This document shows positions 25,120-38,047 of a stretch of 64,000 bases of DNA, piece by piece. The stretch spans positions 248,001 to 312,000 of the forward strand of contig LSRY02000055.1 in assembly GCA_001643675.2 (NCBI GenBank). Reading direction: 5' to 3'. The notes beneath the pieces were generated by a model that worked only from the letters and a program-made list of their open reading frames with translations, was not told where the DNA came from and searched no databases. The position numbers were made by a program, and so were the translations under genes. The DNA is from Monocercomonoides exilis PA203 (taxonomy: Eukaryota; Protista; Preaxostyla). Each line of letters starts with the position of its first letter. Position 1 is the first letter of the stretch.

Positions 25120-26383
25120 AAAAATGTTCTCCAATCGCTTCAGTTCACTTCGTGTGAACATAAAATCAGCAAACGGCTTCAAATCTATTTTTCTGCTTTT
25201 ATTGGTTTTTGGAAGCAGATACTTGAGATTACGAAGAACTTGGAGCAGAAAGACAGAATCAGAGCATTTGTTGATGCTGCTAATTGTGAAGGCATTGCCA
25301 AATTCATAATTATTATCACCAACTTTATCATCAATAATTTTTTTTTCAGAAAATATAAACCTTCATTGCCATCTTTTTCATTTTCTTCCGACTCTTTGTC
25401 ATTATCATTGTAGTCTTCTTCCTCTTCCTCTTCTTCGTTTTTCTCGTCTATGCATTAGCTTCTAGTTGTAGGAGTTAATTGAGTGGAAGCAGAACTGAAG
25501 ATTTTTTAAAGGGGTGGTTTTTGAGGTCAAAGGGAAGCGGTACCATTGGCAATGGGACATACAGCAGAGATGGGGCAGACGGGCTTGCAAATGGGAAGCG
25601 ACGATATTTTGAGAGGCACAAGAGAAAGAAATAGAAGAAAGTCTGTGAAAGGTGAAATAATAAGAGGCATGAATTTATATTTTTGCTTATTATTATTATT
25701 ATTATTATTATATAATTATAATCTTTGCAAAAATGCTTTCAGCCAATTCGCACACATGAGATGAGGAAAGATGGGTTTTGAATCGGGCCTGGAAAGATTG
25801 CAGAAGGTGGGAAATGAAGAACAAACAGAGAATAATCCAGATGAAATATATGAAAAGAATGGAAAAGATGAAGTTTGCGAGATGGAAATGGCATTTTGAG
25901 AGAAGGAGGGGAAGAGGCAGAAGAGAGAGCGGAAAGCTGATGAGATGACTAAAGAAGATATCTAACAGAAAATCAAGAAGAATGAAGAATGAAGAATGAA
26001 GAATAGAAGAAGAAGAAGAAGAAGAAGATTTCGAAAAGAAAATGATACTGATTTTTCAAGTTTTTAATATAAAAATTTTTTAATATTACATTTTTGAATT
26101 TAAAAAATTATTAAAAATTTTGTTTTTATAAATATATATTTTTAAAATGATAATAGGGACTTTTGCACAAACATTCAAAAGGAATGGATGAGAATGGAAT
26201 ATGGAAAAAAAAGGCAGAAGTTAACAACAGCCAAAAATGGATATGAGTTCAGCATGCATGTCAGAAGCTGTGGAAGAGATTGAAAAAGAGATTTGGACTT
26301 TTTCGTGAATATTGCGACATTGTGCGTGCATTCAAGACAAGCACATTGCAAATGGGAAAAGGAAAAAGGAAGAATTTTCTTAG

Positions 26384-28027
26384 AGAGAATCGCATTTCTC
26401 ATCTTCAACGGCATTTCGCTCGTCACATTCCATTCCCCTTATATCCCTCTCCAAACTCACATTTTTCAATATTTCAACAGCAAATGATGCATGTTCACCT
26501 TCAACCACTGCGTCAGCCCAAACCTCATGTTTTATTAACAGTTGCTCATTCTCATCAGTCTGTGATGTGTATGATGGCGGAATTGTTCCCTCTCTGAACA
26601 ATCCCTTGGCCTCTTTAACTGCCTCAAACACATCATTCATTGGGTGTTGTCGAACAAGGAATGTTGTATGTGAAGGAAATGCAGATAGAAAGTTGACTCC
26701 AGAGAGGCAAAACACAACAGCCAATGGAACAAATACATTCACTTGGTGCGAATGGGATGGATCGAAAACAACAGGAGAAAGTGACTCGTGGGCTGATGGA
26801 ATGTCAAGCGGAGGGGCCATCTGCATGTACAGTCAATCGTCGGCCGCTGTGTCTGTTTCGCATTGTGCATTCAATGAATGTGTTGCGTATTGGTGCGGTG
26901 GAGGTATTAGTTGCTACAATATTAAATCAGTTGAGATTGTGAACAACACCTTCGATTCATGCGTTGCACAAAATTATTTGGGAGGAGGGGCATTCGTTTA
27001 TACGATTTCAACATGTGCTCGGGTCAGCGGATGTGAATTCCAGAATTGTCAGGCACACCACGATGGAGGAGGTCTTCATCTTAATAATTTTCAGGTTTCA
27101 GAAGGATGCATTCCAACAGAAAATGGAGAAGGGGAGAGTGCGTGTGTGTTTGACTGCAGTTTCGCTTCGTGTTCACTTGCAAGCACAGGCGGTGGAGGCA
27201 TGTATTGTGCAAATATTCCAATCACACAATTCAAAATGAGGAGCATTCAGTTTATTTCATGTTCAGCATCGTCATATGGAGGAGGATTGTATCTTTATCC
27301 ATATAGACAGACATCACAAAATGATGTAATTTATTGTTATTTTTTGTTCTTCCATGAATGCAAATGCTCTGCAGCCACTCCATATGGGCGTGATGTGATG
27401 TATTATGATTACTACAGTGTATATTTATCTCAAAATAATCCGTTCTATGAATGTTACACCACAAGCACAGATGAGAAGAGAATGTGCTATGCCTACAACT
27501 ACTCAAATACAAATGCTTGGACATTTCAGCACACAGAAAAGAAGGATTGGTTGAAAGACAAGACGATATATGTTTCGGTGAATGGAAATGATACATCTCC
27601 GCTTTGTGGGGCAAATGAAACAAATCCGTGTCTGACAGTGAATAAAGCGTTTGAGATGTGTGAGGTGCAGATTAGCTTGACAATCACGCTGCTGGAAGGG
27701 GATCACAAAAGCGAGACAGCAACAATTGATATTGGAGAAAAGAAAATTTCAGTCATTGGGAAAGAAAGGGAAACAAGTTCGATTGGAACAGGAGCCCTTT
27801 TATCAGCTGGAGCGCTGTTTAGTGTGTCAACAGGTCATCTGGGTTTATTACACATAAAGGTTGACTGCAACTCAAATGCAAATCCTTCTTCGCCGAGTGT
27901 GGTTGTGGTGTCTGATGGAAGTGGGTCACTCTCGTTGGAGTACGTTATTATGTATTTATTGTCATTTTTTATTTTTTTCATGTTTGATAATGAAAATAAA
28001 GCAAATATAAATGTGGTAGTTTTTTAA
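26384..28027 (+). pseudogene. Beta-helix surface protein copy 3: open core cassette, no signal peptide
   Basis: Frame is open from after TAG 26381-83 (RESHFSS...) to 28027. Same motifs as the other copies. The preceding ttttcttag could alternatively be a splice acceptor. Confidence 0.7.
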
Positions 28028-28803
28028 TTCCGGATATTTTTTAATAATCATAGGAGAGCAAAAACAAGTTAAAAATGAACAAAACAAATTGTGACAAGTT
28101 TGAATATATTTTTGAGTCATTCTTTAAAAAAATATACCCTCTGATTTTAATTTTGTTTTGTTTCGAATAAAGATCTCCAGAATTTGCGTTTGGTTAATTT
28201 CCAAATCATTTATTTATTCATTTTTTTTAATATTCCCCCTTTCCGCTTGTCTTTAGCAATTTGTCTCAGAAATGCAAGCAATCATCTGTTATTATTATTA
28301 TTTCAAATATCATTTTATTATTTAATTTGTTTGAACGAAAAGCGTGAAAAGTTCCAATTTCTGATTTATAATTTTCTAAAAAAGAAAAGAAAAGACTGAA
28401 TGAATGTTAAATATTGACATTAAAGAAGTTCACTAATTTTATCAAAATTCAATGCAAAAAGAAGTTTTGTGAAAAAATCAATAATTATTTCATTTTGCAA
28501 AAGCATGAATATTTTTCAATATTCGTAATGTAGACTTTCTTTGAAGTCACATTGTTCTTTTCATTTCATCTGGTCAGTTATTTACAGATGCCTCCTTTTC
28601 TTTTATCCAAACATAAATGTTTTTCAAATCAAGCATCATTCTTTTTCAAAAACAAAATTTGTGTTTTGAAATCTGAATTATATTTTTGAATTATTGTATC
28701 TGAGATTATTTTATTTCATTTTATTTAATTTTATAATAATTATTATTGTTGATCAAAGACTTGTTCGTGGGATAAGAGCACTTGAGTGTTGAAAGTTGTA
28801 ATG

Positions 28804-29638
28804 TGGGTGATTGTTTTTGAAATCATAACTTTCATACCGGGGTGTGGCCATTGACATTTCATCTTTTGACATGAACATTGTTATTGAAACCAAGTTGATC
28901 GAAACATAGAATTTCCATCTTCAGTGAACAATCAAAAGCCAAAAAATGACAATCAACTTCATATTTTTTTCTGCCCACCTTTGTTATCAAACAAATTCGA
29001 ACCATCAAAATCAATTTTCACTGAGACTTCCTGATTGGAAAACAATGAATTTGAAAAGGATGAAACATCCAAAGGAGTTCAAATTATATTTCAATGATTG
29101 AAATTTTAGAAGAGAGCTCATGGATCTTTGATTATGTTTTTTATTCTATTGATTTTTTAAATGCAATAACAACAGAGCATTCAAAAGTGAAATTCCTCCA
29201 TCATCCAACACTCTTATTTTTGAAACATGATGAAAGAAATTATTATCCATACCAATTTCATTTTTATCGAAATCATTAATTGCATTAAAAATCAAAAAAC
29301 ATAATCACATCAATAATCAGTGAATTCCCTTCAAAAATTTCAATCATTGAAACTTAATTTGAACTTCTTCGGATGTTTCATCCTTTTCAAATTCATTGTT
29401 TTCCAATCAGGAAGTCTCAGTGAAAATTGATTTTGATTGTTTGAGTTTGTTTGATAACAAAGGTGAGCAGAAAAAAATATGAAGTTGATTGTCATTTTTT
29501 TGGCTTTTGATTGTTCACCAAAGTCGGAAATTCAATGTTCTGATCAACTTGGTTTCAATAACAATGTTCATGTCAAAGGATGAAATGTCAATGACCACAC
29601 CCCTGTATGAAAGTTATGATTTCAAAAACAATCACCCA
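28804..29638. mobile_element. ~835-bp imperfect foldback element forming the centre of palindrome P1
   Basis: Bounded by TGGGTGATTGTTTTTGAAATCATA on both sides (inverted). Arm mismatches start at 28838/29604 and increase toward the centre. Confidence 0.5.
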
Positions 29639-30417
29639 CATTACAACTTTCAACACTCAAGTGCTCTTATCCCACGAACAAGTCTTTGATCAACAATAAT
29701 AATTATTATAAAATTAAATAAAATGAAATAAAATAATCTCAGATACAATAATTCAAAAATATAATTCAGATTTCAAAACACAAATTTTGTTTTTGAAAAA
29801 GAATGATGCTTGATTTGAAAAACATTTATGTTTGGATAAAAGAAAAGGAGGCATCTGTAAATAACTGACCAGATGAAATGAAAAGAACAATGTGACTTCA
29901 AAGAAAGTCTACATTACGAATATTGAAAAATATTCATGCTTTTGCAAAATGAAATAATTATTGATTTTTTCACAAAACTTCTTTTTGCATTGAATTTTGA
30001 TAAAATTAGTGAACTTCTTTAATGTCAATATTTAACATTCATTCAGTCTTTTCTTTTCTTTTTTAGAAAATTATAAATCAGAAATTGGAACTTTTCACGC
30101 TTTTCGTTCAAACAAATTAAATAATAAAATGATATTTGAAATAATAATAATAACAGATGATTGCTTGCATTTCTGAGACAAATTGCTAAAGACAAGCGGA
30201 AAGGGGGAATATTAAAAAAAATGAATAAATAAATGATTTGGAAATTAACCAAACGCAAATTCTGGAGATCTTTATTCGAAACAAAACAAAATTAAAATCA
30301 GAGGGTATATTTTTTTTTAAAGAATGACTCAAAAAATATATTCAAACTTGTCACAATTTGTTTTGTTCATTTTTAACTTGTTTTTGCTCTCCTATGATTA
30401 TTAAAAAATATCCGGAA

Positions 30418-32061
30418 TTAAAAAACTACCACATTTATATTTGCTTTATTTTCATTATCAAACATGAAAAAAATAAAAAATGACAATAAATACATAATAA
30501 CGTACTCCAACGAGAGTGACCCACTTCCATCAGACACCACAACCACACTCGGCGAAGAAGGATTTGCATTTGAGTTGCAGTCAACCTTTATGTGTAATAA
30601 ACCCAGATGACCTGTTGACACACTAAACAGCGCTCCAGCTGATAAAAGGGCTCCTGTTCCAATCGAACTTGTTTCCCTTTCTTTCCCAATGACTGAAATT
30701 TTCTTTTCTCCAATATCAATTGTTGCTGTCTCGCTTTTGTGATTCCCTTCCAGCAGTGTGATTGCCAAGCTAATCTGCACCTCACACATCTCAAACGCTT
30801 TATTCACTGTCAGACACGGATTTGTTTCATTTGCCCCACAAAGCGGAGATGTATCATTTCCATTCACCGAAACATATATCGTCTTGTCTTTCAACCAATC
30901 CTTCTTTTCTGTGTGCTGAAATGTCCAAGCATTTGTATTTGAGTAGTTGTAGGCATAGCACATTCTCTTCTCATCTGTGCTTGTGGTGTAACATTCATAG
31001 AACGGATTATTTTGAGATAAATATACACTGTAGTAATCATAATACATCACATCACGCCCATATGGAGTGGCTGCAGAGCATTTGCATTCATGGAAGAACA
31101 AAAAATAACAATAAATTACATCATTTTGTGATGTCTGTCTATATGGATAAAGATACAATCCTCCTCCATATGACGATGCTGAACATGAAATAAACTGAAT
31201 GCTCCTCATTTTGAATTGTGTGATTGGAATATTTGCACAATACATGCCTCCACCGCCTGTGCTTGCAAGTGAACACGAAGCGAAACTGCAGTCAAACACA
31301 CACGCACTCTCCCCTTCTCCATTTTCTGTTGGAATGCATCCTTCTGAAACCTGAAAATTATTAAGATGAAGACCTCCTCCATCGTGGTGTGCCTGACAAT
31401 TCTGGAATTCACATCCGCTGACCCGAGCACATGTTGAAATCGTATAAACGAATGCCCCTCCTCCCAAATAATTTTGTGCAACGCATGAATCGAAGGTGTT
31501 GTTCACAATCTCAACTGATTTAATATTGTAGCAACTAATACCTCCACCGCACCAATACGCAACACATTCATTGAATGCACAATGCGAAACAGACACAGCG
31601 GCCGACGATTGACTGTACATGCAGATGGCCCCTCCGCTTGACATTCCATCAGCCCACGAGTCACTTTCTCCTGTTGTTTTCGATCCATCCCATTCGCACC
31701 AAGTGAATGTATTTGTTCCATTGGCTGTTGTGTTTTGCCTCTCTGGAGTCAACTTTCTATCTGCATTTCCTTCACATACAACATTCCTTGTTCGACAACA
31801 CCCAATGAATGATGTGTTTGAGGCAGTTAAAGAGGCCAAGGGATTGTTCAGAGAGGGAACAATTCCGCCATCATACACATCACAGACTGATGAGAATGAG
31901 CAACTGTTAATAAAACATGAGGTTTGGGCTGACGCAGTGGTTGAAGGTGAACATGCATCATTTGCTGTTGAAATATTGAAAAATGTGAGTTTGGAGAGGG
32001 ATATAAGGGGAATGGAATGTGACGAGCGAAATGCCGTTGAAGATGAGAAATGCGATTCTCT
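30418..32061 (-). pseudogene. Beta-helix surface protein copy 4 (mirror of copy 3)
   Basis: Translation identical to copy 3 except SLAITLLEGNH vs SLTITLLEGDH. Confidence 0.7.
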
Positions 32062-33322
32062 CTAAGAAAATTCTTCCTTTTTCCTTTTCCCATTTGCAAT
32101 GTGCTTGTCTTGAATGCACGCACAATGTCGCAATATTCACGAAAAAGTCCAAATCTCTTTTTCAATCTCTTCCACAGCTTCTGACATGCATGCTGAACTC
32201 ATATCCATTTTTGGCTGTTGTTAACTTCTGCCTTTTTTTTCCATATTCCATTCTCATCCATTCCTTTTGAATGTTTGTGCAAAAGTCCCTATTATCATTT
32301 TAAAAATATATATTTATAAAAACAAAATTTTTAATAATTTTTTAAATTCAAAAATGTAATATTAAAAAATTTTTATATTAAAAACTTGAAAAATCAGTAT
32401 CATTTTCTTTTCGAAATCTTCTTCTTCTTCTTCTTCTTCTATTCTTCATTCTTCATTCTTCATTCTTCTTGATTTTCTGTTAGATATCTTCTTTAGTCAT
32501 CTCATCAGCTTTCCGCTCTCTCTTCTGCCTCTTCCCCTCCTTCTCTCAAAATGCCATTTCCATCTCGCAAACTTCATCTTTTCCATTCTTTTCATATATT
32601 TCATCTGGATTATTCTCTGTTTGTTCTTCATTTCCCACCTTCTGCAATCTTTCCAGGCCCGATTCAAAACCCATCTTTCCTCATCTCATGTGTGCGAATT
32701 GGCTGAAAGCATTTTTGCAAAGATTATAATTATATAATAATAATAATAATAATAAGCAAAAATATAAATTCATGCCTCTTATTATTTCACCTTTCACAGA
32801 CTTTCTTCTATTTCTTTCTCTTGTGCCTCTCAAAATATCGTCGCTTCCCATTTGCAAGCCCGTCTGCCCCATCTCTGCTGTATGTCCCATTGCCAATGGT
32901 ACCGCTTCCCTTTGACCTCAAAAACCACCCCTTTAAAAAATCTTCAGTTCTGCTTCCACTCAATTAACTCCTACAACTAGAAGCTAATGCATAGACGAGA
33001 AAAACGAAGAAGAGGAAGAGGAAGAAGACTACAATGATAATGACAAAGAGTCGGAAGAAAATGAAAAAGATGGCAATGAAGGTTTATATTTTCTGAAAAA
33101 AAAATTATTGATGATAAAGTTGGTGATAATAATTATGAATTTGGCAATGCCTTCACAATTAGCAGCATCAACAAATGCTCTGATTCTGTCTTTCTGCTCC
33201 AAGTTCTTCGTAATCTCAAGTATCTGCTTCCAAAAACCAATAAAAGCAGAAAAATAGATTTGAAGCCGTTTGCTGATTTTATGTTCACACGAAGTGAACT
33301 GAAGCGATTGGAGAACATTTTT

Positions 33323-34795
33323 TTAAATAAAAAATGTCGAGAAGGAGAAATAATAAGCAGAGGAAGATGAGAAGGAAGAAGATGATGATGAAAGTGCTCC
33401 TGTTCCAATCGAACTTGTTTCCCTTTCTTTCCCAATGACTGAAATTTTCTTTTCTCCAATATCAATTGTTGCTGTCTCACTTTTGTGATCCCCTTCCAGC
33501 AGCGTGATTGTCAAGCTAATCTGCACCTCACACATCTCAAACGCTTTCTTCACTGTCAGACACGGATTTGATTCATTCGCCCCACAAAGTGGAATTGTAT
33601 CATTTCCACTCACTGACACATAAATCGTCTTGTCCTTCAGCCAATCCCACTTTTCTGTGTGCTGATATTTCCAACTCCCTGAACTCGAATAATCATATCC
33701 ATAACATACTCTCTGGCCATCTGTGTTTGTGGTGTAACATTCATGGAACGGATTTCCTGAAGAATTAAAATATAAATTGTAATTATCCAAGTATATCATG
33801 TCGTGCCCATGTGGAGGATTACCCAAGCATTTGCACCCATGGAAGAAGAGGAAATAGCAATAAAGCCCATCAGCTGGCAAAGTTTGCTTTATTGGCTCCA
33901 AATGAAATCCACCTCCCCTGGTCGATGCATTACACGAAATAAAGCTGACGCTTCTTATCTTGAATTGATTGGGAACATTTTTGCAAAACATGCCTCCGCC
34001 CCATATGCCAGTTATTGAACATAAAGTGAAACTGCAGTCAAACACACACGCACTCTCCCCTCCTTCATTTTCTGCTTCAATGCATCCTGTTCCTGAAACC
34101 TGAAAATTTTCGAGAAAAAGTCCTCCTCCATCATAACTTGCTTTGCAATTCTGGAATTCACATCCGCTGATCCGAACACACGATGAAATCGTATAAACAA
34201 ACATCCCTCCTCCAAAGCGATTTTGTCCTTCGCAAGAATTAAAAAAACTGTGCTCAATCTCAACCGAACTGATTCCAAAACACATGACCCCTCCTCCAGC
34301 ATAATGAGCATAGCAGTCGTTGAATGAACAATGCGAAACTGTCAGTTCTCCTGAATTGAGATTGTACATTCGAATTGCTCCACCATTGGAAGCATCATCA
34401 GCATAATCATCTTTGCTTCCATTAGCCTTCGATCCGTTCCACTCGCACCAAGTGAATGAGTTTGCTCCATTATCTGTTGTGTTTTGCCTCCCTGGAGTCA
34501 ACTTTCTATCTGCAGTTCCAATGCATTCAACGTTTCTTGTCCGACAACATCCAACGAATGAGGTGTTTGAGGCAGACAATGAAGCCAAGGGGTTGTTGAG
34601 GGAAGGGACAATCCCGCCATCATATGCATCGCAAACTGATGAAAATGAACAACTACTCATAAAACACGATATTTGGGATAATGTAGTTGCTGGAGATGGG
34701 CAATCTGAAGATGCTGTGGAGATATTGAAAAAAGTGAGTTTGGAGAAGGAAACAAGGGGAATGAAGATTGATGAGAGGAATGGAGCTTGACTCAC
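33323..34795 (-). pseudogene. Beta-helix surface protein copy 5: chimera with a copy-9-like 5' end and a copy-2-identical body
   Basis: GTG-initiated ORF. N-terminus QAPFLSSIFIPLVSFSKLTFF is as in 52804; from RNVECIGTAD onward it is identical to copy 2. Confidence 0.7.
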
Positions 34796-35559
34796 TCACA
34801 GAAATATTCTATTCAATAACCCCTTCTCTTCCTTTCACTTCTTAGAAAAATATCGCAAAACATCCAAACAAGCTTGAATTCACATTTTTCTATTTCTTCT
34901 GCCCCTTCTGATTGGAATGCTTTCCCCGAAATATCCTCTTTGGATGGTCATTTTCCGCCTTCTTTCCTTATTCCAAGTGCAATGCATTGCCATTGAATAT
35001 TCTTGCAAAAATTCTATTTTTATATTAAAAAAATAACATACGAAAAATTGAAAAAAAGAATATTAATAAAAATGCAAGCCAATACCTTTCAAATTATCCA
35101 TTTTTTCGGAGACTATTTTTTCTTTTCCCCTCTTTTCCACAAATTTCTCCCTTCTCCCAAAAGAACAGATCTACCCTTTCTCTGCTTCTCATATGCTCCC
35201 TAAAATTGTTTGTTTCCAATCTTCGGCTCTGCTTCCAGAAGAAAAGCTCAACCAGCTCCGTTCAATAAAAAAATTGAAGAGATACGAGCATTCCATCTGA
35301 GGAGTCCCTTCCTATCCCCTGCCCAAATCGTCTCCACCTTCTTCTCTCCATTTTCCTCCTTCTCCTTCTCCAAGTATTTTTCCTTTCTACCCTCTCATCC
35401 TTCTTCTCCATCTCCAATATTCGATTTCCTATCGCATGTGCCTCTGTCCTTCGTCATCTCCCACTGTTCTGATCCCATTTCTTGCAACATCCCCAAATGA
35501 CCCGATCATAAAAAAACAAATATCTCCAATATTTTGCCTCTTTCCATTGCGAGACAACA

Positions 35560-37200
35560 CCCATAATCAGCTCCTCATCTTCCTCTGTCTTCACACCTCC
35601 AATGCAAAGCGCCAGCGCTGATGTTCCTTCTTCCCGTCTTCCTCCGCCCCCACCTCCATCCCTTGCCCCGCAAATGAGAGGCGCGTCCAAACTGTCCTTT
35701 CAATAAAAAATTTAAAATATTAAATAAATATCTCTCACTTTTTTTTTCTTCAACCCCACTTCTCTTTCTTATCAAACACTCACTCACAAATACTCTCCCT
35801 CTTGCCCTGCTCCATATGCCTTCTCCTTCTCTCGATACATAAAAAAAAAAAATCACTTTTCCATTTCTTCTCCATTTCCTTTCCATCTCTCTCTTCCCCT
35901 CCAATAAATATATTCCATTCACTCCACCCATCTTCTACCCTTCTTGTTTTCCCCTCTTATCCCACCTCCTCCACATTAAATTCCTTTTCTCAAATAATTA
36001 ACACTGCCTAAACACCTTCCAACTCACAAAAATCGAAAAAACAACCCCTCCAAACCTCATCCCAATCCATCCTCCGCACATCCATCTTCCCAATAAAACC
36101 TCCCAAAAACACCTCTTTTCCACAATAAATATTCTTTTATCGCTCCTTTCCCCTTCGTAACCCTGTTTCCTCCAAAAACTCAGCTCCATCACCCCACACC
36201 ATAAATCCATCCCTTTGTTATCGCATTGTCTTCATATGCCCATTCAGCAACGACACATCGAGTTGTGCTCCTTTTCTTTTGTGGCTCTTATTCGTTATGG
36301 AACATGATCAAGAAATGCCAAATGCTCAGAAACTGTCAACGGAGTCAGATTCAGAAGCTAAAACAAGAACAGGTTGACCAAGTGAAATATTTCCAGTGAA
36401 ACAGTAGGGTGTTACAAAAGAATATCTGTTTAATGGAAGATGAAATTGTTCATATTTATTGATGGATGGCTGTGGAGCAACAATATTTTCGATGGAAATG
36501 AAGAATTTTCAATGTATGTATTTTAAATTGTTCTATTTGTTGTGAAGATATTTCCATCCGTATCCTCTCCAAAGTGGTGATTCAGACGATTTATTAAAAA
36601 TGGACAATTTATTCCATGCAGAGGAGAACAGCAATGAAGCGAGACAAATGTTATCTTACAAATATATCATTGGAGCCTGAATATATTTTATCATAAATAT
36701 CTATGTTACTCATTTTGGACTCAGCATGCGCGATGGATTGAAATGCGATGAAAAATGAATTTTAATGGAGCAGAAATCAACGGGGTTGGAAGATGTCCAA
36801 GACCAAAAAGGAAGAATGATCAATCTCTATGTAAAGGGAGCGTTTTTAAAAAGAGGAAGAGGACATTTTCAGAAAATTTTTGTTGGGGAGATTGGGGCAA
36901 ATAACTGAAACAGGAGATTGAAATTGGTTGGGACAGAGCAAGGTGCCTTTCTTGGGATAAGAATGGAAAGACATTGACTTTATAGACCTGGGGGAGCGAT
37001 GGAACTGCTTTTCATTGCTTGGCTTGAGAGGCGAAAATACGAGAAAAACAGACAGTTTGGCGTTATTCAAGCAACTGAGGAAAATTACCGGCAAAATGGA
37101 TTTGAATCATTTTGCTATCGCCTTTTGTATTGTGTCATCGAAGGGTTATCCACAAGAGCAGAGAACGAGGTTTTTTTGAAGCCATCTTCGACCAGAAAAT
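35560..37200. repeat. Conserved spacer block, copy B (inverted relative to copy A)
   Basis: Reverse-complement homology to 20900-22560 and 50400-52030. Confidence 0.9.
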
Positions 37201-38047
37201 ATCCGTTATTTGAGATCTCGATAGCATCGTCTTCTTTTTCATCATCTTCTTCTTCGCCGTCATTGTATTCGAATGCACCCACTCCACAATTGAAATTATA
37301 TATTTTTTACCCATTTTTGGTCATTATCTTCTTCTTATTCTTCTTATTCTTCTTCGCCTTCTTCGCCATTATCTACTTCTCTCAATTTTATCAGTTTCAT
37401 TTTTTTCCTTCTTTTTACCTTTCTTAACAATTATCATCATCTCCTTCTTCTTCTCAACTTTTTCCTCTTCTCAGTCGTCCTCGCCTATTTTTGGAAGCAC
37501 AAGTTGAAGGAGCCATTCAGCTGGAAGCAGAACAGGAGAATGGAAATGGGATGTTTTTTTGGAGGAGCAGAAGAGACACAAAGCTGTTGAATGAATGATG
37601 GAAGATGGAGATGGAGGAAATATGTGCGTTTGCAGAAAGGAAAAATAATCTGGAGAAGGAGAAAGAAGAAAGAAGAAAGACAGAAACAATGAAGAATGGA
37701 GATTATACAAGGTTTGAAAAATTGTTTTTTTTATATAAAAGAAATAACATTTTATCAATATATTATAATATATTTTTTTAAATATGGATAAGGATCTTTT
37801 TGGAAGAATATCTTCATTGGATAAAAGCGCAAGGGATGAGGAAAGATGGATTTTGAGGCAATCACGAGAAAGATGGCAGAAGGTGGGAAATGGAATGGGA
37901 ATGGATGAGTGAGCAAAGGGAAATATAAAAAATGGATGGAAAAGGTGGGATTTGCAAAATGGAAAAGGTGCTTTGAAAAGGGGGAGGGGAAGCGATAAAA
38001 GAACAATAAGAATATTGATTTGGCGAGGTTGACACAAATTTGACGAG

